A program made the translations under genes and the position numbers. From assembly GCA_016840085.1 (NCBI GenBank), contig JAEOTA010000006.1, forward strand, positions 1-64,000: a stretch of DNA of 64,000 nt, in the 5' to 3' direction. How positions within the stretch are numbered: the stretch's first letter is position 1; each line of letters begins with the position of its first letter. Positions 10,291-19,982 of this stretch are shown here, in pieces. The notes under the pieces were generated by a model. The model ran no database searches, was not told the origin of the DNA, and saw only the letters and a list, made by a program, of their open reading frames with translations. This stretch comes from Promethearchaeota archaeon. Lineage in GTDB: Archaea > Asgardarchaeota > Lokiarchaeia > Sigyniarchaeales > SOKP01.

Positions 10291-10698
10291 TTAAAATTTA
10301 AAATCAGATTGCCACTTTTTATAACCCATTTGCCAAAGTTTCAATCGAGGTTTATTCACTTTATTATCTACTTCAATCCCAGGTTTAGGATTATTCATTA
10401 CTTCACGGTAGCGAGAATAGTATTCATCTGCGCTCGGATTCCCTTTAATTAAATCTAAAATTGCTTTTTCCGTGAAATATAAAATCAAATCTGGTTTAAT
10501 ATCCGGGCTATTTTTCGTCATAACTAAGTTATTCTCTTTTTTTTTATACAAAAAGTAATGCAGCTTGAAATCTTTTTCATTAGTAGAGTTTTCCGTAATA
10601 TAATATTCCCAAAATGCGTTTATCTTAAGATGTCTCATTAAATCATAATTAAAACAAAAATAGGTTTTTAATATCTTATATAATTCTTCCGTATCCAT
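10291..10698 (-). CDS. SCP2-like lipid-binding domain protein (paralog of 12267-12746)
   Basis: PDLILYFTEKAILDLIKG resembles the SCP2 beta-strand/helix motif; shares a C-terminal MGY motif with the paralog. Confidence 0.5.
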   Translation of the reverse strand: MDTEELYKILKTYFCFNYDLMRHLKINAFWEYYITENSTNEKDFKLHYFLYKKKENNLVMTKNSPDIKPDLILYFTEKAILDLIKGNPSADEYYSRYREVMNNPKPGIEVDNKVNKPRLKLWQMGYKKWQSDFKF

Positions 10699-10710
10699 CG
10701 CATGTTAGGT

Positions 10711-12204
10711 TTATTTTATTTTTTCTAAATTCAATGGCGTACCATCATAAATATATTTCCCGTAAACCAATTCCTGAGGGTAATATTTACACCCAGCGGG
10801 ATACGCAGAGTCTTTAATTCCTCCTAAAGATACAGTAATATCAACGAGCATGGGTCTTGCATTAATGTAAATATTCGCAGCTTCTAATTCGTTCTTAAAA
10901 ATCTCAATATTCTTCAAATTTGATGTGTAAACTACTGCCCTCATACCGTAGTTACTTGCATTTGCTAACCTTATTGCATCTTTCATGTCGTTAGCTTTAG
11001 TAACAGAGCGAACTGGACCGAAAGCTTCTTCTCGCCATAAAAACGGAGCTTTTGAGAGGTCTTCGCACAATTCAGGCTTGATTTCCACCAAAGTTGGCTT
11101 GTAAAATAATCCATAATCCTCACCAGTATCGATTTTTTCGGCGCCTGTATAGATTTTAACACCGTATTTCTTAGCATCTTCCACCATTACATCCATCATC
11201 ATCAGGATTCTCCTGCTTCCTAAAGGACCAATATCTACATCCGGATCTGTAGGATCTCCATATTTTAACTTTTCAATTTCTTTTATTAGGCATTCTATAT
11301 ATTCGTCGTATATATCTCGGTGGACTATAATTCGCTTCATGGAAAAACATTGCTGCCCTGAATTAGTATAACTAGCCATTGCATTCCATTGAGCGACTTG
11401 CTCTAAATTTACATCATCCATTACTATTCCAGCGTCGTTTCCAGCACATTCGAAAAAGAAATTTTTAAATGGTTGAGTATACATAGCAACTCCCATGGAT
11501 CTATCAACAGTTTTTTTCAAGAATTTACCATAACGCACTAAGATATCCTTTGCCGTGTGAGACGATGTAATCGTCATCAAAGTTTTTACTAGGGGAGATT
11601 GGAGAAATACATCCACCGCCCATTCTCCAGGAGCTATAACCAAATCTAAGGCTTCAAGAGCTGGTAAGTTCATTTCTTCCATTATAGAAAACGCTTCCAA
11701 CATAGTTAATGGACAAGCCGTAGAAGGTTTCACTACAGCTGGATTTCCAACTAAATAGTTAGCACCCAGTTGATAAAGAGGGAGGCTTATAGGTGTATTT
11801 CTAGGAGAAAGACATGCTGCCAACCCGTGTGGAATATATCTTATTTTGACGAGTTGCTCCCCTTCTATACTTGTTAATGGTTTTTCTTCTAAGAATTGAT
11901 AATACCAATCGCAAAAACGAAATCCGGTTAACACAATACCCAATTCCCATTCAGAATATTTGATTGGGAGCCCTCCTTCCGCTACGACTAACTCTTTTAA
12001 TTTATTTTTTTTAAAACGCATTTTTCCTGAATATTTAGATAGAATTTGGGCTCGTTCAAAAAAATCCATTTTTTTTAATAGGTGTTGATGTTTATGGACT
12101 TTCTTTATTTTTTCTCGAATTGTTGCGGGTGTATCGGCAGGTATGGTGTCTATAACCTCACCAGTGTATTTATTTTTAATCTGTAATTCTTTAACTTTTG
12201 ACAT
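10711..12204 (-). CDS. aldehyde dehydrogenase family protein (divergent cofactor-binding motifs)
   Basis: P.N.P, VKPS, E.AGND, GQ.C (catalytic Cys), EEAFGPV. Confidence 0.9.
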   Translation of the reverse strand: MSKVKELQIKNKYTGEVIDTIPADTPATIREKIKKVHKHQHLLKKMDFFERAQILSKYSGKMRFKKNKLKELVVAEGGLPIKYSEWELGIVLTGFRFCDWYYQFLEEKPLTSIEGEQLVKIRYIPHGLAACLSPRNTPISLPLYQLGANYLVGNPAVVKPSTACPLTMLEAFSIMEEMNLPALEALDLVIAPGEWAVDVFLQSPLVKTLMTITSSHTAKDILVRYGKFLKKTVDRSMGVAMYTQPFKNFFFECAGNDAGIVMDDVNLEQVAQWNAMASYTNSGQQCFSMKRIIVHRDIYDEYIECLIKEIEKLKYGDPTDPDVDIGPLGSRRILMMMDVMVEDAKKYGVKIYTGAEKIDTGEDYGLFYKPTLVEIKPELCEDLSKAPFLWREEAFGPVRSVTKANDMKDAIRLANASNYGMRAVVYTSNLKNIEIFKNELEAANIYINARPMLVDITVSLGGIKDSAYPAGCKYYPQELVYGKYIYDGTPLNLEKIK

Positions 12205-12266
12205 TTTTCCTACTTACCTTTATACGTTAATATCATATTAAAACAAAAAATCTCAAAAAAATAAGC

Positions 12267-12746
12267 TTAAATCCTATATATATCATCTTCATTGGATAAA
12301 ATTCCCGCCGATCGCGCGAATTTGCCGTAACCCATATTAATTATTGTTTGCGTTCTTCTATGTAGTTCAAAATCAATCCATCCCTTTTTCTCGTCAGGAT
12401 CGTTGTAAAAAAATCCAAGAAGTTCTGCATATTCCTTTTTCGTGTTTGTCTGGATTAATTTTTTAATTGCTTCCGTCGAAAGCGCTAATTCCAAATCAGA
12501 ATCATACGCTTTCCCCGGTTTAATTTCAATTCCTTGTCCATTACGAAATACATTAAAAATGTCTACAGGAGAATGATCATCATAATCTTCAATCGAATCG
12601 TAAATTGCAAAATCAAAGTTTGACCCATATATTAAATCAGAAAAAATCTCAGGATATTTTGATAAAAATTTGGTATATCTCCTTACTATTTCTGTCTTAT
12701 AAGCCTTTACATCCGTAATTTGAGATAATAATTTTTCTTCCACCAT
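12267..12746 (-). CDS. SCP2-like lipid-binding domain protein
   Basis: IEIKPGKAYDSDLELALSTEAIKKL resembles the SCP2 consensus. Confidence 0.5.
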   Translation of the reverse strand: MVEEKLLSQITDVKAYKTEIVRRYTKFLSKYPEIFSDLIYGSNFDFAIYDSIEDYDDHSPVDIFNVFRNGQGIEIKPGKAYDSDLELALSTEAIKKLIQTNTKKEYAELLGFFYNDPDEKKGWIDFELHRRTQTIINMGYGKFARSAGILSNEDDIYRI

Positions 12747-12757
12747 TTTTTAAATAT

Positions 12758-13762
12758 CTAACTCTTATTTTTTTCTTTTTCATGAAAATTTTTATACCAA
12801 TCAATTGTCTTTTTTAATCCCTCTCTTAATGGGGTAATTTTATAACCCAATTTTTCAATGGCTTTTTTTGAAGAATATGCTCTATGATATTTAATTGCTC
12901 TAAGTGTAGGTCGCGTTAAATAAGGCACTTTTTTATTGAAAAAAGCTTTTACTTCCAATAACCATGCATAAACCATTGTAACCCAGAATGGAAGCTTTTT
13001 TGCTTTTTTATCTCTTCCAATTTCGGCGATTAAATCTAGATATTCTCTAAATTTGATGTTTTCTCCGCCAAGAATGAAATGATCTCCAAAAATATCTTCT
13101 CTATTGATTACGCTTACTAATACATCTGTTAAATCATAAACATATGAAAAGCAAGTGATCGATTCTCCCTTTCCAGGACACACACCTAAGGGAAGAATTT
13201 TTCCCCTCATAACATCAAAAAGCATCCTTCCAAATATATTAAAATCTCCTGGACCATATACAACTCCTGGATAAAATATTCCCACTTTTAATCCTTTAGG
13301 TATAAGTTCTTTAACTAATTTTTTTGCTTGAAATTTTGATTTCTCATATTCCATAAAAAAATGTTCATTTTCATGAGTTTCATCAACAGGTTCTGCAGGA
13401 GTAGGGCCTAATGCAGTAAAGGAACTAACATAAAATAATTTTAGATTTTTTTCAAGAGTAATCTTAGCGACATTTTCAGTTCCCTTTACATTAATTTCAT
13501 AATAGATTGATTTCTTTTTTGCCCATATTCCTGTATAAGCTGCAAGATGATAAACAATTTCAACATTTTCTACTGCTTTATATAAACTATCAATATCTTG
13601 AACATCTCCGATGACATATTCAATCTTGTTTAAATTTTGAAAGGGTTGAATATTACTATTTTCTCTTATTAATAACTTTAAGTTATGTCCTAAGCTTTGT
13701 AACTTTTTTACTAAAGGAACTCCTATAAAACCTGTACCACCAGTTATGAATATATTTACCAT
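12758..13762 (-). CDS. extended SDR NAD-dependent epimerase/dehydratase (3-beta-HSD/dihydroflavonol reductase/HpnA-like)
   Basis: TGGTGFIG, HLAA, NVKGT, YVSS, YEKSK, VYGPGD. Confidence 0.9.
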   Translation of the reverse strand: MVNIFITGGTGFIGVPLVKKLQSLGHNLKLLIRENSNIQPFQNLNKIEYVIGDVQDIDSLYKAVENVEIVYHLAAYTGIWAKKKSIYYEINVKGTENVAKITLEKNLKLFYVSSFTALGPTPAEPVDETHENEHFFMEYEKSKFQAKKLVKELIPKGLKVGIFYPGVVYGPGDFNIFGRMLFDVMRGKILPLGVCPGKGESITCFSYVYDLTDVLVSVINREDIFGDHFILGGENIKFREYLDLIAEIGRDKKAKKLPFWVTMVYAWLLEVKAFFNKKVPYLTRPTLRAIKYHRAYSSKKAIEKLGYKITPLREGLKKTIDWYKNFHEKEKNKS

Positions 13763-14027
13763 AGCCAGAATGCCTTAATTCTAAAAACAGAATTTGAAAT
13801 ATTAAAAAGTTACATCATATTAAAGTTAAATCTTGGAGCTACTTAGATTTTACGTCTTTTAATATTAGGAATCTTCGGAATCAACTAGAATTTATGAATC
13901 TTTAGAATTTGTCAAGCTTGTAGAAATTTTACTTTTGTAGTTTAATTGACCGAAAATTCTTAATTCTTTCAATTCCTTTATTTAATTTGAAAGTTTAACA
14001 TTGAAATTATAAAGAGGATAAAGATTT

Positions 14028-15866
14028 TTGAAAAGTCAGAGACTAAAAAGTCAAAGTAGTAGTTTGAAAAGCAACTCAGAATTTCATTTAGAAAAAGATG
14101 ACTTTTTAGAAGCTCGACACAAAGGAGTAAGATCTTGGATTATAAGTCATATGTTTTATAGATCTAATAAATTTCTAATAGTATTATTCTTCACTCTAAT
14201 GATACTATCGTCTTACTTTGGGTCCTTTATTTATGTCATAATCGGAAAAGCGATTGATGTTTTCTCTGCAGGACAATCTAATCAAGTAATTAATTATACA
14301 TTTTTGATATTATTTATTGGATTGGGAAGTCCTATCTCGGGATTATTGGCAAGAACGTTTCGAGAAATTGTTGCTCAGAGAATAGAGAGAGATGTGCGCA
14401 GAGAATTCTATTTAAGTTTGCTAGGTAAAAGTCAATCATTTCATGATAATCAAAGAATAGGAGACATCATGGCTAGGGCAACCAATGACGTAAGATTTTT
14501 GAACTTTTTAATTTCTCCTGCGTTAGCTATGATTTTAGATGCTGGTATAAATCTAATTGTTCCCATTTATTTAATTGGTTCTACTTATCGACTTGAATTA
14601 GTGTTAATTCCAATCATATTTAGTGTCATTTTTATTTTATATCTTCGCAGATTTCTCCGCCTTTTAACCCCTCCGACGGTAAGTAGACGCATTGCTTTCG
14701 GTTATATGAACACTGTTTTAAATGAATCTTTGAGTGGAATTGAAATCGTGAAATCTATGGCTCAGGAAGAACATAGTGTTGAGAGATATAAAGATAGTGC
14801 TATGAGTTATCGAGATGCGGGTATTGAACAAGGTGATATACAGGCAAAATATCTTCCTCTATTACTTCTTTCATTTACAGTTACTTTAGGTTTAACAATC
14901 GCCGTGATTTATAATAGAGCTGGTGTTTTGTCCGTTGGTGATGTACTAGGTTTAATAGGGCTATTATTGCGATTACGATTTCCTGTTAACGCTTCAATAA
15001 GGTCATTTTTAATGGCAAAAGAAGCGATTGTAGGGGGAGATAGGCTTTTAGAAATTATGAATAAGAAATCAGAAATTTACGATGCTGATGATGCTGTATC
15101 TAAAGAAATAGAAGGTAATTTAAAATTTGAGAACGTTAGCTTTTCTTATCCCGGTACCCAAAACAAAGTTCTAAAAAGTATAAATTTTGAGGTATCAGCA
15201 GGACAGACTGTAGCAATAGTAGGAACAACTGGTTCTGGAAAAACAACACTTACAAAATTGATATCACGGTTATATGATGTAAATAACGGTCGAATTTTAA
15301 TTGATGGGATTGACGTCAGAAGTTTTTCTCTACAATCTCTTCGTGACCAAATTGCTTATATTGAACAGGATATTTTTATCTTTTCAGATTCAATTTTGGA
15401 CAATATTTCTTTTGGGCGGGATTCCTCTGAGGAACAAGTAATATCTGTCGCTCAAGAAGCGCAGGCCCATGAATTTATAAAAGATTTGCCAGATCAGTAT
15501 GATACAGAAGTTGGGGAGAGAGGAGTACAATTAAGTGGAGGAGAACGTCAACGAGTTGCAATTGCCCGTGCTTTTCTTACAGATCCAAAAATATTAATCT
15601 TGGATGATTCTAGCTCCTCAATAGATTCAGAAACTGAAGAAAGAATTCAAGAGGGGATTTTTAAGATTTTACGTGGAAGAACTACCTTTATCATAACTCA
15701 TAGGCTTTCTCAGATTAGATGGGCAGATTTAATAATCGTGCTAAACCAAGGTGAGATTGTTAATCAGGGATCCCATGAGTATTTACTAAGAAACTCAAAA
15801 GAATATCAAAAAATCTTTATAAAGCGTTTTGATAAAACTTTAAATGAACTTTTGGGAGGTGAATAA
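14028..15866 (+). CDS. ABC exporter, fused permease/ATPase, heterodimer subunit with degenerate Walker B
   Basis: TM domain, GTTGSGKT, LSGGERQR, LILDD (Asp in place of catalytic Glu). Confidence 0.93.
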   Translation: MKSQRLKSQSSSLKSNSEFHLEKDDFLEARHKGVRSWIISHMFYRSNKFLIVLFFTLMILSSYFGSFIYVIIGKAIDVFSAGQSNQVINYTFLILFIGLGSPISGLLARTFREIVAQRIERDVRREFYLSLLGKSQSFHDNQRIGDIMARATNDVRFLNFLISPALAMILDAGINLIVPIYLIGSTYRLELVLIPIIFSVIFILYLRRFLRLLTPPTVSRRIAFGYMNTVLNESLSGIEIVKSMAQEEHSVERYKDSAMSYRDAGIEQGDIQAKYLPLLLLSFTVTLGLTIAVIYNRAGVLSVGDVLGLIGLLLRLRFPVNASIRSFLMAKEAIVGGDRLLEIMNKKSEIYDADDAVSKEIEGNLKFENVSFSYPGTQNKVLKSINFEVSAGQTVAIVGTTGSGKTTLTKLISRLYDVNNGRILIDGIDVRSFSLQSLRDQIAYIEQDIFIFSDSILDNISFGRDSSEEQVISVAQEAQAHEFIKDLPDQYDTEVGERGVQLSGGERQRVAIARAFLTDPKILILDDSSSSIDSETEERIQEGIFKILRGRTTFIITHRLSQIRWADLIIVLNQGEIVNQGSHEYLLRNSKEYQKIFIKRFDKTLNELLGGE

Positions 15867-15871
15867 TTAGA

Positions 15872-17701
15872 ATGTCTAGAAGAATGGGTTATTTTGGACT
15901 AGATGAAGAAGGTTATGATAGAATTTATTCAGATAGAGAATTATTTACTAGAGTTATAAAATTATTTAAACCGTATAGACGTTCTATGGCAATTGTAATT
16001 ACATTTATTTGTCTTTCATCAGTGACTTACGGATTAACTCCTTATCTAATGAGTTTAATTATTAAACAATTAGAATTGAAATCGGATCCCTTAATTTTAG
16101 TCTTTTTTATTATAAGTACCTTAATCTTGAATTCATTAGGATACATTTTTAACTATGTAAACAGGCGCACAGGGAATCGCATGGTATACAGTGTATGCTA
16201 TAATTTACGTAGACATACTAATTTAAGAGTTCTTGAGCAAGATTTATCTTTCTTCGATAAATATCCAACAGGCAGAATTGTAAGTAGGATCAATTCAGAT
16301 GGACAAAAGTTTGGTGGATCAGTTACCATGTTTACAGAATTAATTTCTTCATTTCTAATGTTAATTATCGTACTTATTCCTATGATCTTTATAAGTCTTT
16401 TGTTAACTGGAGTATTCATGTTAATGGTACCTATTGTATTTGCATTTACACTCTCTTTTCGTAAAGTTGCAAGAAGAAAATCAGTGTATGGTCAACGTTC
16501 CTTAGCACAAGTAAATGCCTTTGTACAGGAATCAATGGCAGGAATTCAAATAATTAAAAGTTTTCGCCAAGAAGAGAGTCAATTTGACAATTTTCAAGCA
16601 ATTAATGACCAATCCTTTCGAGTAAACATGAGTAGAGCTTTATATTTATCCATCCTCTTTCCGAGCTTAGATATTCTCATCGCTGTTCTCTATGCTTTAC
16701 TTATATTTTTTGGAGGTAATTTTATCCTCCAAGGAGTGCTAAGTGGGTCAGATATTTATCTGTTTCTTCAAAGTTCGTTAATTTTGTTCGCACCTTTACT
16801 TCAAATTGCTGGTTTTTGGCCCCAATTTCAAGAAGGGCTATCAGCTGCAGAAAGAATCTTTGCTCTTCAGGACTCTCAATCTTATATTAAGCAAGGAGAT
16901 TATGTTTTAGATTCAATAAAAGGAAAAATAGAATTTGAAAATTTAGGATTTGAATATGTGCCTGAGAAACCTGTTTTCAAGGACTTTAATTTGGAAATCC
17001 AACCAGGAGAAACTGTTGCTATCGTAGGTCACACCGGAGCAGGTAAGTCAAGTTTAACAAAAATTTTACTCCGATTATATGAATTTCAATCAGGGGATGT
17101 GCGAATAGATGGTCATAGTATACGAGATATTTCACTTACAGAATTTAGGAGATCTGTAGGATTTATACCTCAAGTCCCATTCCTCTGGGCAGACACTATC
17201 AAAAACAATATTACTTATGGTTCACCAGATGCAACAAGAGAAGATGTAATTTGGTCTTTAGAACAGTCTGGCGGTATGGAATGGATAAAAAATCTTGATA
17301 ATGGACTAGAAACATACGTTCTAGAAAGAGGAAAAGTATTATCAATGGGACAACGGCAATTAATTGTATTTGCGAGAGTTTTATTACAAAATCCATCCAT
17401 TTTGATATTAGACGAGGCTACAGCTTCAGTGGATCCCTTTACAGAACTTCAGATTCAAGAAGCTATGGAGAAAGTAATGCGAGGAAGGACAACTATTGTC
17501 ATTGCCCATAGGCTCACTACCGTTAGAAACGTTGATCGTATAATTGTACTAGATCATGGAAGGATTGTTGAAGAAGGTAATCATGAGAATTTAATGCAAA
17601 GAAATGGGTATTATGCGAGGTTATATAATACATATTTTAGGCATCAATCGTATGAATTTATAGAAGAAATCAAGTCGAAACAAACGGAAGGAACTTTCTA
17701 A
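15872..17701 (+). CDS. ABC exporter, fused permease/ATPase, second heterodimer subunit
   Basis: GHTGAGKS, degenerate signature LSMGQRQ, LILDEAT; GGAGGTGA SD upstream. Confidence 0.93.
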   Translation: MSRRMGYFGLDEEGYDRIYSDRELFTRVIKLFKPYRRSMAIVITFICLSSVTYGLTPYLMSLIIKQLELKSDPLILVFFIISTLILNSLGYIFNYVNRRTGNRMVYSVCYNLRRHTNLRVLEQDLSFFDKYPTGRIVSRINSDGQKFGGSVTMFTELISSFLMLIIVLIPMIFISLLLTGVFMLMVPIVFAFTLSFRKVARRKSVYGQRSLAQVNAFVQESMAGIQIIKSFRQEESQFDNFQAINDQSFRVNMSRALYLSILFPSLDILIAVLYALLIFFGGNFILQGVLSGSDIYLFLQSSLILFAPLLQIAGFWPQFQEGLSAAERIFALQDSQSYIKQGDYVLDSIKGKIEFENLGFEYVPEKPVFKDFNLEIQPGETVAIVGHTGAGKSSLTKILLRLYEFQSGDVRIDGHSIRDISLTEFRRSVGFIPQVPFLWADTIKNNITYGSPDATREDVIWSLEQSGGMEWIKNLDNGLETYVLERGKVLSMGQRQLIVFARVLLQNPSILILDEATASVDPFTELQIQEAMEKVMRGRTTIVIAHRLTTVRNVDRIIVLDHGRIVEEGNHENLMQRNGYYARLYNTYFRHQSYEFIEEIKSKQTEGTF

Positions 17702-17782
17702 ATTATTCCATAAGATTTAATTATGCTTAAATAATTCATGATTATGAAGAAATTAAAGTTTTAAGATGATTGAAACTTTACA

Positions 17783-18331
17783 ATGCACGAAAAAGAATTT
17801 AACAAAATTTATTCTCAAATAGATTTACCATTTCAAGAAACTAAGCAAGTTTTTCTTAAAATGATATTTAAAACTCTTGAGAGAGAATTTGATCTACAGA
17901 AAAATTCTAAACAAATTTTCATAGATTTAGGTTCTGGAAATGGTCAAGTCATTATTTATTCTGCAATAAACTATGGAATAAGATCAATCGGGATTGAAAT
18001 TGATCCAATCTTAATAAAAGAAGCTAAAATGTCTATAAAATCATTTAAAGATAAAAAGAAAATAAATAAAAAGGCTCTAAGTAAAATAAAAATTATACAT
18101 GGAGATTTTTACAAACATAATTTAAAGTTTTATGATTTTATATATATTTACTCCTTACCTACAATGCAAAAATACCTTAAACATGTGTTTCAGACGGCTA
18201 AAAATGGAGTTATTATTATATCTCATATGTATCCGCTTAAAAATTTTAATAATTACTTAGAAATCAAGTTGATGTTAGAACATAAAAATAAAAATCAAGA
18301 AATTTTTACCTATTTTTATAGAAGAATATAG
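17783..18331 (+). CDS. class I SAM-dependent methyltransferase
   Basis: FIDLGSGNG, GIEID, GDF. Confidence 0.85.
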   Translation: MHEKEFNKIYSQIDLPFQETKQVFLKMIFKTLEREFDLQKNSKQIFIDLGSGNGQVIIYSAINYGIRSIGIEIDPILIKEAKMSIKSFKDKKKINKKALSKIKIIHGDFYKHNLKFYDFIYIYSLPTMQKYLKHVFQTAKNGVIIISHMYPLKNFNNYLEIKLMLEHKNKNQEIFTYFYRRI

Positions 18332-18500
18332 TTCGATATCCTAAAATATTTATTACAATTGAATTAGAGAACTTGCAGCCTACAAACATTAGAATACTTT
18401 ATTATTCCAAAAAATAAAATTATAAATAAAAACAAAATAAATAAATATATAATTTTAAAATTAGAATGACATTTTTATAAAAAATGGTGGAAAATTACAA

Positions 18501-19202
18501 ATGGCGATTGCTTTTAATGGTTGGTTGGATGGATTAACAGCAGCTGGTATCATTTTATCCTCAGCAATTTTTGGATTATTATCTCTCTATAAATCAATAA
18601 AACTAAAGGCTAAACTTCTCTCTATAGCTGGTATCCTTAGTTTTTTCGTTGGTTTCTTATGGCTTGGACCAACTACTGATTTCTTCTTAAAATTACTTAC
18701 AGATAATAATATTGATCCTGTTCAGGTTTATGTAATTCTGAGTTATATGTGGGTTGCGCCGGCACTGATTTTTGCTATGTATCTTGGCGGTGAACTTTTA
18801 GTGCCTAAGTATAAATGGTTGCTTGTAGGAATCTATTTAGCTTTAGGGGTAATTTTTGAAATGTTTCTTTGGTTTAGTCCCAATCAGTCGTTTGATCATA
18901 TTGAAGTATTAGAGGTTGATGGTTTAATTGATGCCAGTTTTAATCGAGGCCATCTAACTTTTATTATGGTTGCAATATTTTTAGTATCCGCTCTAATTGT
19001 TCTTGGGATAGGATTTGCTATAAAAGCAAAACAATCAACTGGTTTATTGAGGAAAAAATTCATATATTTATCGATTGCTAACATCATTTTTGTAGTATGT
19101 GGAGCTTTGGATTCAATACTTACTTTACCTCTGACAATAGGGCTTGTAAGACTCCTGATGATGACTTATGCACTGTGGATGTATTTAGGTCTTAAAACCT
19201 AG
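18501..19202 (+). CDS. hypothetical 7-TM membrane protein
   Basis: About seven hydrophobic segments. Confidence 0.75.
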   Translation: MAIAFNGWLDGLTAAGIILSSAIFGLLSLYKSIKLKAKLLSIAGILSFFVGFLWLGPTTDFFLKLLTDNNIDPVQVYVILSYMWVAPALIFAMYLGGELLVPKYKWLLVGIYLALGVIFEMFLWFSPNQSFDHIEVLEVDGLIDASFNRGHLTFIMVAIFLVSALIVLGIGFAIKAKQSTGLLRKKFIYLSIANIIFVVCGALDSILTLPLTIGLVRLLMMTYALWMYLGLKT

Positions 19203-19280
19203 TTAATAAGAGATTTAATATTCTAAACTATTTCTTTTTTTTTAATTCAGGCTTTTTTCAATTTTTCAAGCTTACCACTA

Positions 19281-19734
19281 TTACTTATTTAGAGCCGTCA
19301 AAACTTCTTTTAAGTATAATTTCATATAAAATCTTTGATTAGTACAGAAATTTAATTTTTGATTATTGTTTAAATCAGGGTAATTAGATAAGATAGAATG
19401 GATATCATTTGAAATAGCAAGATATTCATTTTTTGTCTCGTTAAGACCAGAAATGACAGTATTAAATTCATTAGGAGGAGTTTCTCTTAAATTATCATTA
19501 TTTTTTAAAAAATTATTAACCGGATAATATTTATTATAATCTTGTAGGGAGTTAAGTAACAAGTTAGAGAAATAATCAAATGATTCTCTTGAATTGATTT
19601 GTTTAAATAATTCTGAGATAAGCTCAGAAATACCGGTTTTATTATTTGGAAAGTGAGATTTTTCAAAACTCTGATTTTTGTCTGATAAAATCTCGGAGTA
19701 ATTGTTATTTGTAAGACCTTTCGAAATTATATCT
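19281..19734 (-). pseudogene. probable degraded gene remnant
   Basis: Frame of the 93-aa ORF stays open about 57 codons upstream to a TGA without a canonical start; Asn-rich, no motif. Confidence 0.35.
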
Positions 19735-19982
19735 CATCTCGAAGAAATTTGAGTTTGATAAATATTGCACTGATCTTATATTTAAAAATAGAGCCTCTCC
19801 AAATTTAGTGGAGATTTTAGACATTTTTATGCAAAAATAGAGAGAATTTCAAAAAAAAAGTGAATCTTAGAATTATAATGTTTTGACGAAAATAATTATT
19901 TATTAATAGTGTGAAGAAATTATAATATATCTTTAAGTTCACTTATCTTATAAAAATAAATACAAAATTATGGAGAAATATT

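Noticed and set aside
19281-19780. Selenoprotein via in-frame TGA near 19735
   Set aside because: No redox motif around the TGA, no recognisable SECIS and no clear start; more likely a decayed gene
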